A stretch of 63,733 bases of DNA, filler included, from Octopus bimaculoides (Eukaryota), in the NCBI RefSeq assembly GCF_001194135.2. It is 6 parts of 5 records of this genome, joined end to end, with 100 filler letters (N's around TTAATTAATTAA, not from the genome) between each part and the next. Parts side by side here need not be neighbours in the genome. Positions count along the whole stretch, not along the records: positions 20,529 to 29,254 come from NC_068981.1; positions 29,355 to 34,613 come from NC_068985.1; positions 34,714 to 59,147 come from NC_068984.1; 3 more parts are not named here. One strand, written 5' to 3'. The notes beneath the pieces are model-generated. The model saw only the letters and a program-made list of their open reading frames with translations, had not been told where the DNA came from and searched no databases. Of this stretch, positions 23,300 to 36,240 are shown in pieces (position 1 is the stretch's first letter; the number at the start of each line of letters is the position of its first letter). The translations under genes and the position numbers were made by a program.

Positions 23300-24775
23300 T
23301 TCCATATTTGTGTTTTTCATCCTGGCCCCAGATCATTGTATCGTCTCCTCTATGTTTGGCCCTCTGTGGGCAATAAAGAATTAAGAATCGTTAGTACGCT
23401 GGGCAAAATGCTTAGCTGCATATCGTCCGACTTTACGTTCTGCGTTCAATTTCCGCCCAGGTCGACTTTATCTTTCACCCTAATAGTATTCGATAAAATA
23501 AGTACCAGCTGAGCACTGGGATCGATGTAATCAACTTACGCCCTCCCCCGAAACTGCTAACCTTGTACCAAAATTCGAAACCACTATAGATGATGATGGC
23601 TTCTTATTTGGCACAATATTGAGAGGAGAGTGCTAATCGATGCCATAGAGTTCTGTATTTGACTGGTACTTTCCTTTATTGACCCCGAAAAGCTGAATCC
23701 GGTGGGATTTGAGGTAAGAATGTAAAAATCCGGACGAAATGTTGAAAAGTATATTTTCTACCAGTATAAATAATGCTTTCAAATTTTTGCACAAAGCCAG
23801 TCATTTTTTGTTTCTTTTTTTTTTTTTTTTGGTGGGACGGCTAGGTCGATTACATCAACCTAAGTATTCAGCTGGTATTTATTTTATCGACCACAAAAAG
23901 ATGAAAGGCAAAGTCGACCTCGGTGGAATTTGAACTCAGAACTTATAGAAGGACGGAATGCCGCTAAGAATTTTGTCTAGCGACCTAACAATTCTGCCAG
24001 CTCGCCGCCTCGACCAGAATGAATAACGCCTTCAAATCTTGACACAAAACAAGTCATTTCGTGGGGACGCGTGGTGGGGGTGTTAGTCGATTACATAGAC
24101 CTCAGTACTTGGTAAGTATTTTATTTTATCATTCCCAAATGGATGAACAACAAGGTCAACCTTGGCGGGATTCGAACTCAGAACGTAAAGAGCCGGAAGA
24201 AATACTGTAAAACATTTTGTTCGACGTGCTAAAGAAATTTGTCAGCTCACAGCGTTAATAAATGTTACGGTCAACTATTTTAAGGAGTGGGTTAGTCGAT
24301 TACATCAACCCCACAATTTGACTGGTACTCTTATATTTTGACCTTGAAAGGATGAAAGCAAAGGTGACTTCAGCGGGATTTGAACTCAGAAGGTAAAGAT
24401 CAGGAAAAAATATTATAGAGTATTTTTCTGATCAGTATAAATTATAATAATAATCCTTTCTATTAAAGGCACAGGGCCTGAAATCTTAGGGGAGATTACA
24501 TCCACCCCAGTGTTTCACTGGTACTTAATTATCGACCCCGAAAGGATGGAAGGCAAAGTCGACCTCAGCGGAATTTAAACTGAGAACGTAGAGCCAGAAA
24601 AAACGCCGCTAAGCATTTTGTCCGACGCACTGACTATTCTACCAGCTCGCCGCCGTCTTCACAAAGTGTATTAATCAGAGCTGACCTCAGCGGAATTTGA
24701 AATCAGAATATAAACAGTCGGAAGAAAGAAATTTTCCCCGACATTTTAACGATTCTGCTAGTTCGCCGCCTTATA
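23300..24775. mobile_element. Cluster of ~8 SINE family A copies (first ones +, then a head-to-tail run on -)
   Basis: Repeated cores and tails; minus-strand run from ~23590 to 24775. Confidence 0.85.
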
Positions 24776-25402
24776 AATAATAGTGATAATAGCCAAAGAA
24801 CACTTTCAGTGTTGAGAATCAATTGGTGCACACATATATGCATTCAATGAAAGTGGTTCAAAACTTCGAGAACACACGCACAAGCCAATATCAGATATTT
24901 ATTAAGTGTTAAAGACAGTCAATGACCTCAGGCTGGCACAGCTGCAAACAGGCATAGCTGCGAGCATACAAAGCTCTATACAATAATCCAGAATTAATAA
25001 ACAACTCAAACAGTGGCTGGCTGTGAATCATCAGAATATTAATAAATTCATTGTTTGAAAAGAAAATCTTACTTGTGCTGTCGTCTGAATGTGAACAGCT
25101 AACAGCCAACAGAGAAAATGGTGGACAGAGCAGAGAAACACTCGACATATTTGTGTATGCAAATATAGCGTTGGCCTGAATATTGAATTGGTTAATTCCG
25201 TTAAACTATCATGATATATGTAATCCAAGTTAATGACAATGTAGAGGCAGAGATCGAGCTTTTCGTTATATGCAAAAATGGCAAGAATAGTTTTCGCTTA
25301 TACGAGTAATATACATATTTACAAATATACGTTACATATGTGTTTATATGCGTGTTTGTAGATATGTATAAGTATGTATATGTATAAATGCAAATGAAAA
25401 GA

Positions 25403-25404
<2 letters not shown>

Positions 25405-25470
<66 letters not shown>
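25405..25470. repeat. (TG)n microsatellite
   Basis: Direct reading. Confidence 0.97.
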
Positions 25471-25473
<3 letters not shown>

Positions 25474-25642
25474 GTTTGTATGTATAAAGTAGAATTACAT
25501 ATAAGAACAAGTTTCCGACAATTGTTTTGCTTGAGTTTCGTTGTAAGCAACTGTTGAAAACCCATACCCATGTCTTCTATTGTTATATATGCACACACTC
25601 ACAGATACATACATACATACATACATACATACGTAAGTACGT

Positions 25643-25677
<35 letters not shown>

Positions 25678-25899
25678 CACCTGTATATGCAAACACATAC
25701 ACATATATGTATGCATATAATTGCATATACATATATATGCAAATATACGCACAAACGCATACCCACACACAGACACACACACATATAAGTCAAAGTAATG
25801 CAAATAAAAATTGCATTACTTTCTGACTAACCCTTGTGTGTGTGTATGTTTGTGTGCGCGCGTATATGTGTATAACAGCCGATATAGTGTTGGTTGGCT

Positions 25900-25965
25900 G
25901 GTTGATTGGTTTGCTGGCTGGTTCGTTCGTTCGTTCGTTCGTTCGTTCGTTCGCTCGTTCGTTGA
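25900..25965. repeat. (TTGG)/(TTCG)n tetranucleotide repeat
   Basis: Direct reading. Confidence 0.9.
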
Positions 25966-26269
25966 TTTCTCCAGTTACGCTTTACATCGTATAGGGTGAG
26001 AGTGTAAATGAGAGATGCAGAGAGCATTAACATAAGAGGTACTGGATGAGTGCTCATAGAAAGCTTTGCGGCAAACAATGTGTAAAGGAACGGTATATAC
26101 ACAGAGTACTCGAGAAAGAACCATAGAGAAAGAGAAACTTAAGAGGAAGTAAATAACAGATTAACTACAGAGTTGTTCAAATGAGGAATTTACTTATTTA
26201 GATATATTTTGGATAGTCATTATTTTCTTTTGAGAATTAGATTTGCTTTCATCATCATGTATATCTTTT

Positions 26270-26476
26270 ATCTTTTATCCGTTACTTGTTTCAGTCATTA
26301 GTATGCGGCCATGCTGGAACATCACCTTGAAGAATTTTTAGTAAAAGGAATCGACACTAGTACCTTTTTTTAAGGCCTGATACTTATTCTATCGGCCTCT
26401 TTTGTTCAACCGCTAGATTACAGGGACGTAATTAAAACCAACACCGGCTGTCAAACAATGACGGAGACAAACGTGA

Positions 26477-26560
<84 letters not shown>
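26270..26560 (-). mobile_element. SINE family B 3' half followed by (TG)/(TA)n
   Basis: Minus strand ...ccagcatggccgcatactaatgactgaaacaagtaac; same tail type as bases 1-75. Confidence 0.65.
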
Positions 26561-26563
<3 letters not shown>

Positions 26564-27235
26564 GTTAAGAAAATGGAGAGATTTAATGGATATAAATTAA
26601 TTTATTAACATTTTTAATAAGGCCTACAGTTGTTTCAATTTACACTCAATACAAATTACAAACGTATAGCATAAAATATGTTTGCATTTTGAAGATTGAG
26701 AGTAAAATATCATCAGGGCCAATGGAAATTAAGAAAACTACATGTTGATTAATTGAAATTCTCCAACGGACTAAGTAGATGAAAATACGTTTTATTTGGG
26801 TTGTGTTTGTGTGTTAATAATTTTATTTAAATATAATAAAATACAAAAAGAATATAAGAATAAAAAAGTAAATAACAAATAATAATGATAAAATATTCAG
26901 ACAAAAATAAATAAAAATATACAGACAATAGATAAAATAATAAAAATAAGAAATGAAAATACTAAAAGAAATGAAATAAAAATAAAATAAAAATGNNNNN
27001 NNNNNNNNNNNNNNNNNNNNNNNNNNNNNNNNNNNNNNNNNNNNNNNNNNNNNNNNNNNNNNNNNNNNNNNNNNNNNNNNNNNNNNNNNNNNNNNTCTAC
27101 ATTTGTATTTTGTCCCCTCTATGTTGAGCCCTGTGTGGCTAATAAGGAAACATATCTGTCTATCTATCTATCTCTCTATCTATCTATCTGTCTCTCTATC
27201 TATTTATCTATTTATCTATACATATAGATATACAC

Positions 27236-27282
<47 letters not shown>

Positions 27283-29254
27283 TATATCGTGTATATATAG
27301 GCATATGTGCATTTGTGTGTATACGTGTAATTGGTTGTCACTGCTCTATTCAGCTGTCTCGAAACGCCATAAACACCAACAGTACGTTAGAAAGGAAATG
27401 AGGGAGGAGACATGGGTTAATATCTGTACTGGATTTCTTCGACATCTTCATCATTACTATGTGAATTATGACGATGATGATGCTGATGACGACGTTGGTG
27501 ACTGCGATGACGGCGGCGACGACGATGACGATCGTGATTATTATGGCAATAACGAGAACCAAGATCACGACGATCGTCATCATCTTGTTCATCATGATTA
27601 ATGACGATGATGACTGTGATGATGTGATTATTGATGGCTCTAATGATTATAGCATTGTACGTAATCATAATGGCTCTGGGACGATGATTGTTGATGATAA
27701 CGAGGGNNNNNNNNNNNNNNNNNNNNNNNNNNNNNNNNNNNNNNNNNNNNNNNNNNNNNNNNNNNNNNNNNNNNNNNNNNNNNNNNNNNNNNNNNNNNNN
27801 NNNNNNNNNNNNNNNNNNNNNNNNNNNNNNNNNNNNNNNNNNNNNNNNNNNNNNNNNNNNNNNNNNNNNNNNNNNNNNNNNNNNNNNNNNNNNNNNNNNN
27901 NNNNNNNNNNNNNNNNNNNNNNNNNNNNNNNNNNNNNNNNNNNNNNNNNNNNNNNNNNNNNNNNNNNNNNNNNNNNNNNNNNNNNNNNNNNNNNNNNNNN
28001 NNNNNNNNNNNNNNNNNNNNNNNNNNNNNNNNNNNNNNNNNNNNNNNNNNNNNNNNNNNNNNNNNNNNNNNNNNNNNNNNNNNNNNNNNNNNNNNNNNNN
28101 NNNNNNNNNNNNNNNNNNNNNNNNNNNNNNNNNNNNNNNNNNNNNNNNNNNNNNNNNNNNNNNNNNNNNNNNNNNNNNNNNNNNNNNNNNNNNNNNNNNN
28201 NNNNNNNNNNNNNNNNNNNNNNNNNNNNNNNNNNNNNNNNNNNNNNNNNNNNNNNNNNNNNNNNNNNNNNNNNNNNNNNNNNNNNNNNNNNNNNNNNNNN
28301 NNNNNNNNNNNNNNNNNNNNNNNNNNNNNNNNNNNNNNNNNNNNNNNNNNNNNNNNNNNNNNNNNNNNNNNNNNNNNNNNNNNNNNNNNNNNNNNNNNNN
28401 NNNNNNNNNNNNNNNNNNNNNNNNNNNNNNNNNNNNNNNNNNNNNNNNNNNNNNNNNNNNNNNNNNNNNNNNNNNNNNNNNNNNNNNNNNNNNNNNNNNN
28501 NNNNNNNNNNNNNNNNNNNNNNNNNNNNNNNNNNNNNNNNNNNNNNNNNNNNNNNNNNNNNNNNNNNNNNNNNNNNNNNNNNNNNNNNNNNNNNNNNNNN
28601 NNNNNNNNNNNNNNNNNNNNNNNNNNNNNNNNNNNNNNNNNNNNNNNNNNNNNNNNNNNNNNNNNNNNNNNNNNNNNNNNNNNNNNNNNNTGGTGGTGGT
28701 GATGGTGGTGGCGGTGGTAGTGGTGGTGGTGGTGGTGGTGGTGGTGGAGGTGGTGGTGCTTATGGTGGCGGCAACGTTGCTCTCAAGGAAAGAAAGCTAA
28801 ATCAGCGACGGTGGTGTGTAACCGAAAACCAATTAACGAACAATTAATGAATAGTTTTGAATAGACATGTATCTTGTGGTTCTTATATGTCTTATGTCCA
28901 ACGTCTCTAAGTGTCTAATGACTACAGTTTGATTAACGTAAATAATTCACTCAATCAACTTCCACTGCTAATTATACTGGCAGTAGGCGGAATTAACGTG
29001 GACACAGCCGCAAAGTCGCAAATCAGTAATGAACAGAAAGAGCGATGATGCATCGATCAGGATTGTTGCTTCCAGCAAGGTCATTATGAAGTAGGGCGGT
29101 GGTTTGTATCTGCCAAGTGTATTTGATATGATTATGTACAACCAGAGCGCTAGGAAATGGAGTAAGCTAACCAGTTCTGTTACGTGTAGTAATTATTAAC
29201 CTTCTTCTGCTGAATCGTTATGAAGTCGGGAAAAAAATATTCGGTTTTTTTTTT

Positions 29255-29354
29255 NNNNNNNNNNNNNNNNNNNNNNNNNNNNNNNNNNNNNNNNNNNNTT
29301 AATTAATTAANNNNNNNNNNNNNNNNNNNNNNNNNNNNNNNNNNNNNNNNNNNN
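29255..29354. other. Artificial scaffold join (44 N + TTAATTAATTAA + 44 N)
   Basis: Linker at 29299-29310. Confidence 0.95.
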
Positions 29355-29643
29355 GTAGGATTTTCGAGTGAGATCGTTGCCAGTGCCCCTGGACTGGCTT
29401 GTGCGGGTGGCACATAAAAGACACCATTTCGAGCGTGGCCGTTTTCGTGCGGGTGACACGTAAAAGCACCCACTACACTCTCTGAGTGGTTGGCGTTAGG
29501 AAGGGCATCCAGCTGTAGAAACTCTGCCAAATTAGATTGGAACCTGGTGTTGCCATCCCGTTTCACCAGTCCTCAGTCAAATCGTCCAACCCATGCTAGC
29601 ATGGAAAGCGGACGTTAAACGATGATGATGATGATGATGATGA
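29355..29643 (+). mobile_element. SINE family C 3' part (internal tandem units, TTGGCGTTAGGAAGGGCATCCAGCTGTA domain, (GAT)n tail)
   Basis: Nearly identical to 34714-34923 and close to 58968-59147. The central domain resembles MetaSINE-type elements as I recall them. Confidence 0.85.
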
Positions 29644-30079
29644 TTAACCTTCTCTGTGTCTTTCTGTGTCTATGGAACCCATCATAGAGAAAGGTGATCT
29701 AAAGAATCTTCTCCTTGTTTCTCTAAGAAATCCATTATTAGGGATGGGTGCTCAAATCCATTCCCTCACAAAAATGAAAGGAGAGAGAGAGAGAGAAAGC
29801 TATATATAACCATCAAAATAAGGTATTGGATAGTAAGATTAGTGTTTGACCAAAATATTTTAACTCCCAATATTTATTTAGTTGTATGTGGGCATCATGG
29901 CTGAAGGATGCGAATAGTAAAACTGTAAAAATGAGTTTCATTGGTCTGCACAATGAATTTTAAGTCTTCAAATGAGAACAGTAACATTTTTTGAAGAGGA
30001 GGGTGATATGTTGGGTGACCAACGTATTATTGGAAAAAATATTAATGAGGTATTGGAAAAAAAAAAACAATGACAATGC

Positions 30080-30500
30080 TCTTGTGTTAGTTATATAACG
30101 TTGAGGATATCAACAAAGACTGTGACAAAGAGGATGACAACAACAAACATAATGAAAACAACAATGATGAAGAATGTGACATCAGAGAAAATGATGGAGA
30201 ATGTGATAATGGTAATGCCAGTACAGATGATGATGGGGGAAAATAATGTTTGTGAAAATGATGATGCTAAGATGATCATGGTGGTGGTGGTGGTGGAGAA
30301 GTTGATGAGGAAAATGATGATGAAGGTGACAACAAGAGGATTGTGGTGTCTGTAATGAGGAATGCCAAGATGATGACAGTCAATATGAAGGTGATGACAA
30401 AAACAATAATGATGACGGTGAAGAGTGTGATAGCAATGATAATGCTGATGATACTCAAGATGATAAATGTGATGGTGACAGTGGTGGTGGTCACGGTGTG
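30080..30500. repeat. Degenerate (GAT/GGT/GAC)n low-complexity tract
   Basis: Direct reading. Confidence 0.85.
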
Positions 30501-33217
30501 GATTTTAAGCATGTAAAATTTGTAGGCCACTGCTTTTGTTGAAGAGATCAACCAGTTATGATGTACGTCTGTGAAGTTAGGCAGGACACCAACCATACAC
30601 CGTCTCAGGCAGACACAATGTCACACAGCCTGGAGGGAAATCTGCTCTCCTGTTGGAGACGACATCCACAAGTGATGTGGCATAGACTAAGAAGTGCTGC
30701 TGATGGTAAAGATGGCAACTGTGAAGGTGGTGATAGTAGTGAAGATGATGATGCTGAATATCTCACAGAGAAGATGATGGTGGAAATGATATTTTAGAAA
30801 ACTTAATTATTTTCAGCTTATTATACACACATCTCCAATCATTATCTATCTTCTCTTCAGTTCCATTTATTCAATAGTCTTTTCATGTCCAAAATAAACT
30901 GAAAACATTGCATTAAATTTATGACATATTTCTTCATTTCTATCAGAATAGCATATGTGAATATGTAGGAAAAGGCCACTTTGTAGAGGTCGAGTGACTT
31001 GACTGCAATATAGTACTGGCATTTATTTTACCAATTCCAAAGAAAATGGTAAAGGTAGCTGAATGTATGTGTGCGTATTTTTGTTATGATAGTAATACTT
31101 AGAGAACATGCTAAAGAAGGAGATACTGTAATACTGAATATTGATTATATATACATTTTTTTTCTTCCTGATTAAATTCCATTTCTGTCTGCCAAAACAA
31201 ACTTTCATCAGAAAGGATAGCTGTTCAAACACTTGTTGAGTCATCTACAAACTCAACATACCGAAAATAGTTTTCTTTCTCTCTCTAATCTGTATTTTCC
31301 TCTCTCTCTCTCTACACACACACACACACAGTTGTATGTGTTTGTGTGCGTATATATAGATAGTCTACGACCACATCCTCTGATGTCTGCATAATCCACT
31401 TATGTCACTGATACTTTATTTTTACTGATTCAGGGAGGATGAAAGACTAAGTCAACTCCTGTGGGATTCAAACTCACAACTATTATCTACTGAATCGTTT
31501 GTCAATTATCCAAAACTCAATAACCAAACCATCTGTCTTGCCTTCAGGAAATATTTATCAATAATAGCATTAATGTCCTGCAAATATTGGAGAAGCTTAA
31601 AGAAACTATTAACATATGAGCATTTAAATATATATGCACATGTGCATATCCACTCACATGCATACATATGCATGTCAACACAGCTTTTTCCTGTCTTGTA
31701 TAATTCATTTAACAACTTTAATGAATTATTTTCCTAAATATCTTAACTGCCATACTCACAATGTCAAAAGTGTATGATGTCCTGTCAAGGCAATTCTTCC
31801 AGTTGACCAAATGCAATGTACAGTGAACATTTCTAGCCAATTTCTATAGTTGTCCCATAACAGGAAAGACAACGGTCAGCGGCTAGTTGAACAAATTTCA
31901 GCTGAGAACCTTTAACAAAGACCAGAACAAGGTGGTGGAAGAGAGAGGAAGTTATGAAAGTATAGGACGATGAAATTGTTGCAAACCATTTTAGAAATGG
32001 GGAGACCAGGTGGATGGGGTAGATGACATGGAAACCAAGTTAGAAGGAAAATGAAATAGAAACTGACAGATACAGAGCAAGCACAGAGAAACTTGTTTAA
32101 ATCATGAGTGAATGGGAAATAATTTGAAAACATCCAGGCAGGCTTGGATTTTATAGAAACATGTTTTTTGGTTTCATTTTGTTAAGTGCCTCATAAAATG
32201 TTAAAGATTCCTGATACAGAGCAAGGTTAAAAGTATTATATTAACAATTTAAGTATAAAGCCACAGAAAGTATTACAATCAAACTAAACTCAAAAAATAA
32301 AATAAAATATAACACAAGTTCTAGTTTACATATGAGAAAATGGAATTATTAATTGTCTTATAAAGCCAGAATAATTCAATAAATATTTGTGTTATGCGAT
32401 AGTCACAAACTTGAGTGAAAATAGTTCAGACAAATAACTGTATCCTATTTAAAAACATGTCATGAATTTGTCTAATGATTCTATAGAGCAAAATGTGTCT
32501 TTGGTTATCTTTGCAGTAATCATGAATTAGCAAACAATTCAATTGAGTAGACACTGCCCACTCAAAGAACACTGAGCAATGAATTATATGCAAATCAACT
32601 CATTTCTATGGCTGGTTATACGTTTATCAGAGCAAATTTAACATCACTGGAAATCACATTCAACCTGTCTTGCCAAAATGAAAGGCCAGCACAAATCTAC
32701 CCAATTAAAAATGATCGCTAATTTCACCAATGTCACCATAACCCAGTTATAGCAGTATGGCAACAAATTTGTCCAAAAATATATAACAGAAAATTGCTAC
32801 AAATAATCAACAATAAACGAAACAGTATAATAAATACAAAATAAAAACAATTAGTGTACCCATATACCTGGCCCTCTGTCAGTTACAAGAATGAGAGTAC
32901 CAGCTGATGCGATCAACAGAACAGCATGAAATTTGCTCTTCATCATTTTGGAGTCGATAAAATAAGTAGCAGTTGAACACAGGGGTTGATTTTATTAACT
33001 AACCCCTTTCCTCAAATTTTCAGACTTGGTGACAATAATAGAGAGAATTATTAAAAGAAATCATTATTATGATGAAAATAAACAAAGTTTGTTTTAGAAG
33101 CATTGAGATGTATTGAAAGATACGGAAATAAATTTTTTATTCTCAAATGCGTGATAATGCTAATAAACTAGCGTGACCAGGATAAATTATCCATACATTG
33201 CAGAAAAATATGTTACC

Positions 33218-33289
33218 GGCCAGTGATGAGACACAAATTCACATCTCTGTGATTACACGTCAAGTGCTTTACCATTAAGCTAAACTGCC
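33218..33289 (-). pseudogene. Degenerate tRNA-like sequence (Thr-TGT-like) or SINE head
   Basis: GGCAGTTTAGCTTAATGGTAAAGC D-arm and TGA-CGTGTAA-TCA anticodon arm, but no GTTCRA T-loop and an imperfect acceptor stem. Confidence 0.35.
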
Positions 33290-34221
33290 TAGTAACAAAT
33301 TCTTCTGCAATTTTAGGACTTATAAATTTAGCTTCATAAGACACTGTTATTATTATTATTATTATTATTATTAAGCTCACCAATAACATTGTCAAGTCTG
33401 GAACATCTCTAGGTGGTCAAGATAATAAGACACATAGATCAACTGGAAAAGCTTAATTAAGTTTAATTTGGTAATATCTAACACATGTCCAAGATTATCA
33501 TTGTCTAGTTCTTCGTTGTGGTAGCAGCAGTAGTAAGTCTAACAGAGAAGATCACATATTTCAAAGGAGTGGGTGTGGCCAATTTAATTGACTCATTAAC
33601 CACAGTAAATTACTGTAACTTATTTTACTGACCTTGGAGGAATGAAAAGCAAATTCTAACCCGCTAGGAATTGAACTCAAAACCTCAAGGGATGTAAACT
33701 GAATATTTAACAATAACTTTACTATCAACAGTTAAGCCTAATGTATCTGTTAAACCAATGCCAAAATATGTTAACTTTCAGACAGAAGCTAGACATATTT
33801 ACACGTTCTTTTTAGCAAAAGCATTTTTAATGCTTCAAAAACATATTGCCAAGTTAAGAAAACTAGTTTGTTCAAATCAAATTACTGAATACTGTCTATA
33901 ATGATACTAAAGTTCAGAACAAGATGTGATAGATTTCCTTCTAAACAGGAACTTTAGAAAATGGTATGAGTCTGATTTAAACTTTCTTTGAACAAGTAAT
34001 TCCCAATCTTTTCTATCCCATGCACCCTGAGGAAATCTTTGATTAATTTTCACACATTCTACAAAAGTAATATTACATTTCAAGATGGAAAAGTCTTTTT
34101 CCTAATAACAAATTTATTGTTTTTCAAATTGAACCACATACAATACTGTAAGTGAAAAAAAACTGAACTTGAAAGATTTTTACTGACTCAGTGTATAAAA
34201 TACATATGTATAAAATACATA

Positions 34222-34390
34222 TGTAAATTGAGTGGTAAGAAGCTTGCTTCCCAACCACGTGGTTCCAGGTTCAGTCCCACTGTGTGGCACTATGGGTAAG
34301 TGTCTTCTACTATAGCTTCAGGCTGACCAAAGCCTTGTGAGTGGACTTGGTAGACAGGAACTGATGGAAGCTCGTGATATATATATATAG
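34222..34390 (+). mobile_element. SINE family B head half ending in (AT)n
   Basis: gtggtaagaagcttgcttcccaaccacgtggttccaggttcagtcccactgtgtggcac... Confidence 0.8.
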
Positions 34391-34613
34391 TTGAGGTGTG
34401 TTAGAAGCCATGGATGTTGTAGCATGGAAATCTAGATTTACTTACGGAGACAGCAACTGAGTATCACCTGAGGAGATACATATAGATCTTCTTATACAGG
34501 TAAATCGTTACATAATTTAATATAAACTTAACTTTAAATCCTGTATATACGAGGATCTATATGTATTGAAACATCTGTAGCGATTAAAAAGCTGCCTAAC
34601 CGTACTAATTCTT

Positions 34614-34713
34614 NNNNNNNNNNNNNNNNNNNNNNNNNNNNNNNNNNNNNNNNNNNNTTAATTAATTAANNNNNNNNNNNNNNNNNNNNNNNNNNNNNNN
34701 NNNNNNNNNNNNN
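34614..34713. other. Artificial scaffold join (44 N + TTAATTAATTAA + 44 N)
   Basis: Linker at 34658-34669. Confidence 0.95.
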
Positions 34714-34923
34714 TTTCGAGCGTGGCCGTTTTCGTGCGGGTGACACGTAAAAGCACCCACTACACTCTCTGAGTGGTTGGCGTTAGGAAGGGCATCCAGC
34801 TGTAGAAACTCTGCCAAATCAGACTGGAGCCTGGTGTTGCCATCCGGTTTCACCAGTCCTCAGTCAAATCGTCCAACCCATGCTAGCATGGAAAGCGGAC
34901 GTTAAACGATGATGATGATGATG
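34714..34923 (+). mobile_element. SINE family C 3' part
   Basis: Near-identical to 29430-29643, including the ggccgttttcgtgcggg variant. Confidence 0.85.
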
Positions 34924-34991
34924 ACACACAAGGTGCTATCAAAAGGTTCCCAAACTAGTCATGTTTAATCATTCAACTACTACCGTAGTTG

Positions 34992-35769
34992 AATAATATT
35001 CTTAAGGCTGCAATTTACTCACACACAGCATCTTCAGAGCTTTGTCGCTAATTCAGTTCTTAACCAAATTAAAAACTTAACATTTTTGAGGAGGACTAGT
35101 CCCTAACTACATTTGGACATAAAAAAATTGAGATTTGGTCCAGTAGAAAAAAGTTTACATTAAAATTTGTAGCAACATTATAGGAGAGTAAGTAACACGT
35201 CCAATCAAGTTTAGATCTAAATAACTTTTTTTATTTTAAAAGCCAAATATATATTCATCTTAGCATCAATGATAGAAAAAAGCATGAGGAATTGCATAGT
35301 TTTGGTCCCATGCAACTAAAATTTGTATCAAAAAAGTTATGAGGTAAAATATCATGAAAAAAAACATAAGGCAAAACATTGGATTTAAGTATAATTAACT
35401 TTTAGATTTTAAAAACAAACTACATTTTAATTAAGCTTTACTGATAGAGCGCAATTTGAGGAATTTCATGGTATCAATCTCATGCAATGAAATTTTTAAA
35501 GAAAAGAGTTATGAGTGTTTGTTTCTCAAATTTGGGGGTGGTAATATAGTTCTATACTTTTTTTATGAAAATAATTCTATAAAGGGAAAAATTTTCAATG
35601 ACACCACTAATTTGCAATTAGTTTAATTACATCATGTATTAATTAATGTAATTAATAATATTTCTTAAGGCCACAATTTACTCACACGCAGCATCTTTCA
35701 GAACTTCGTCGCTAATTTGATTCTTAACCAAATTGAAAACTTAGCATTTTTGAAGAGGAGTCGTCCCTA
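34992..35769 (+). repeat. Two ~115-bp direct repeats (34992-35105, 35654-35769) flanking an AT-rich spacer
   Basis: aataatatt(t)cttaaggcYRcaatttactcacac...gtcgctaatt...ttcttaaccaaatt...gtcccta occurs twice. Confidence 0.85.
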
Positions 35770-35912
35770 TAAGTAACACCAGTCGCTTTCGTAACACTGT
35801 GATGTCACTCAACACACTGCTTCATGAAAATCACTACTAGCTCTCACTGCGCACACAACCATGTGCTGCCATGCTACAGAAGTAACCCAGGAACTTTTTG
35901 ATACTACCTCAT
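35770..35912 (-). mobile_element. Mariner-like element 5' terminal fragment (TIR)
   Basis: Minus strand TATGAGGTAGTATCAAAAAGTTCCTGGGT matches the TIR at 37095-37115. Confidence 0.55.
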
Positions 35913-35974
35913 AAATTAAGATAACATAATCTGTTGGATGTGCAATGCAAGTGTGTGTATGACAAAGTGCAAAT

Positions 35975-36240
35975 ATGTTGAGAGAAATATTAGGCACAAA
36001 AGAACTGGGTGTAATGTACAAGAGAGAAGACTAAGCTGGTATGATCATGTGTTGTGTATAGATGAGGATTGCTATATGAAGAAATGCTGATTGCTAGATG
36101 TGGATGGAACCTGAAAGAGAAGCCCAGGAAGATGGTGGGAGGGGGGTGTAGTGAAGGCCAGTCACAGGAAGCTGAGCATTACAGAAGCCTGACATGATTG
36201 TTGATTTGCCATGCTCAAGAAGACTCAGCAAAAATGAGAT
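35975..36240 (+). mobile_element. RTE-clade LINE 3' fragment
   Basis: Degenerate VQERRLSWY.HV...C homology with 48640-49010. Confidence 0.65.

Noticed and set aside
24909-25228. Two minus-strand ORFs in unique sequence
   Set aside because: No recognisable motif and no consistent exon chain.
33390-33545. Open minus-strand frame TYYCCYHNEELDNDNLGHVLDITKLNL...
   Set aside because: It has a reasonable acceptor but no good donor or recognisable homology, so it was not added to the candidate exon chain.
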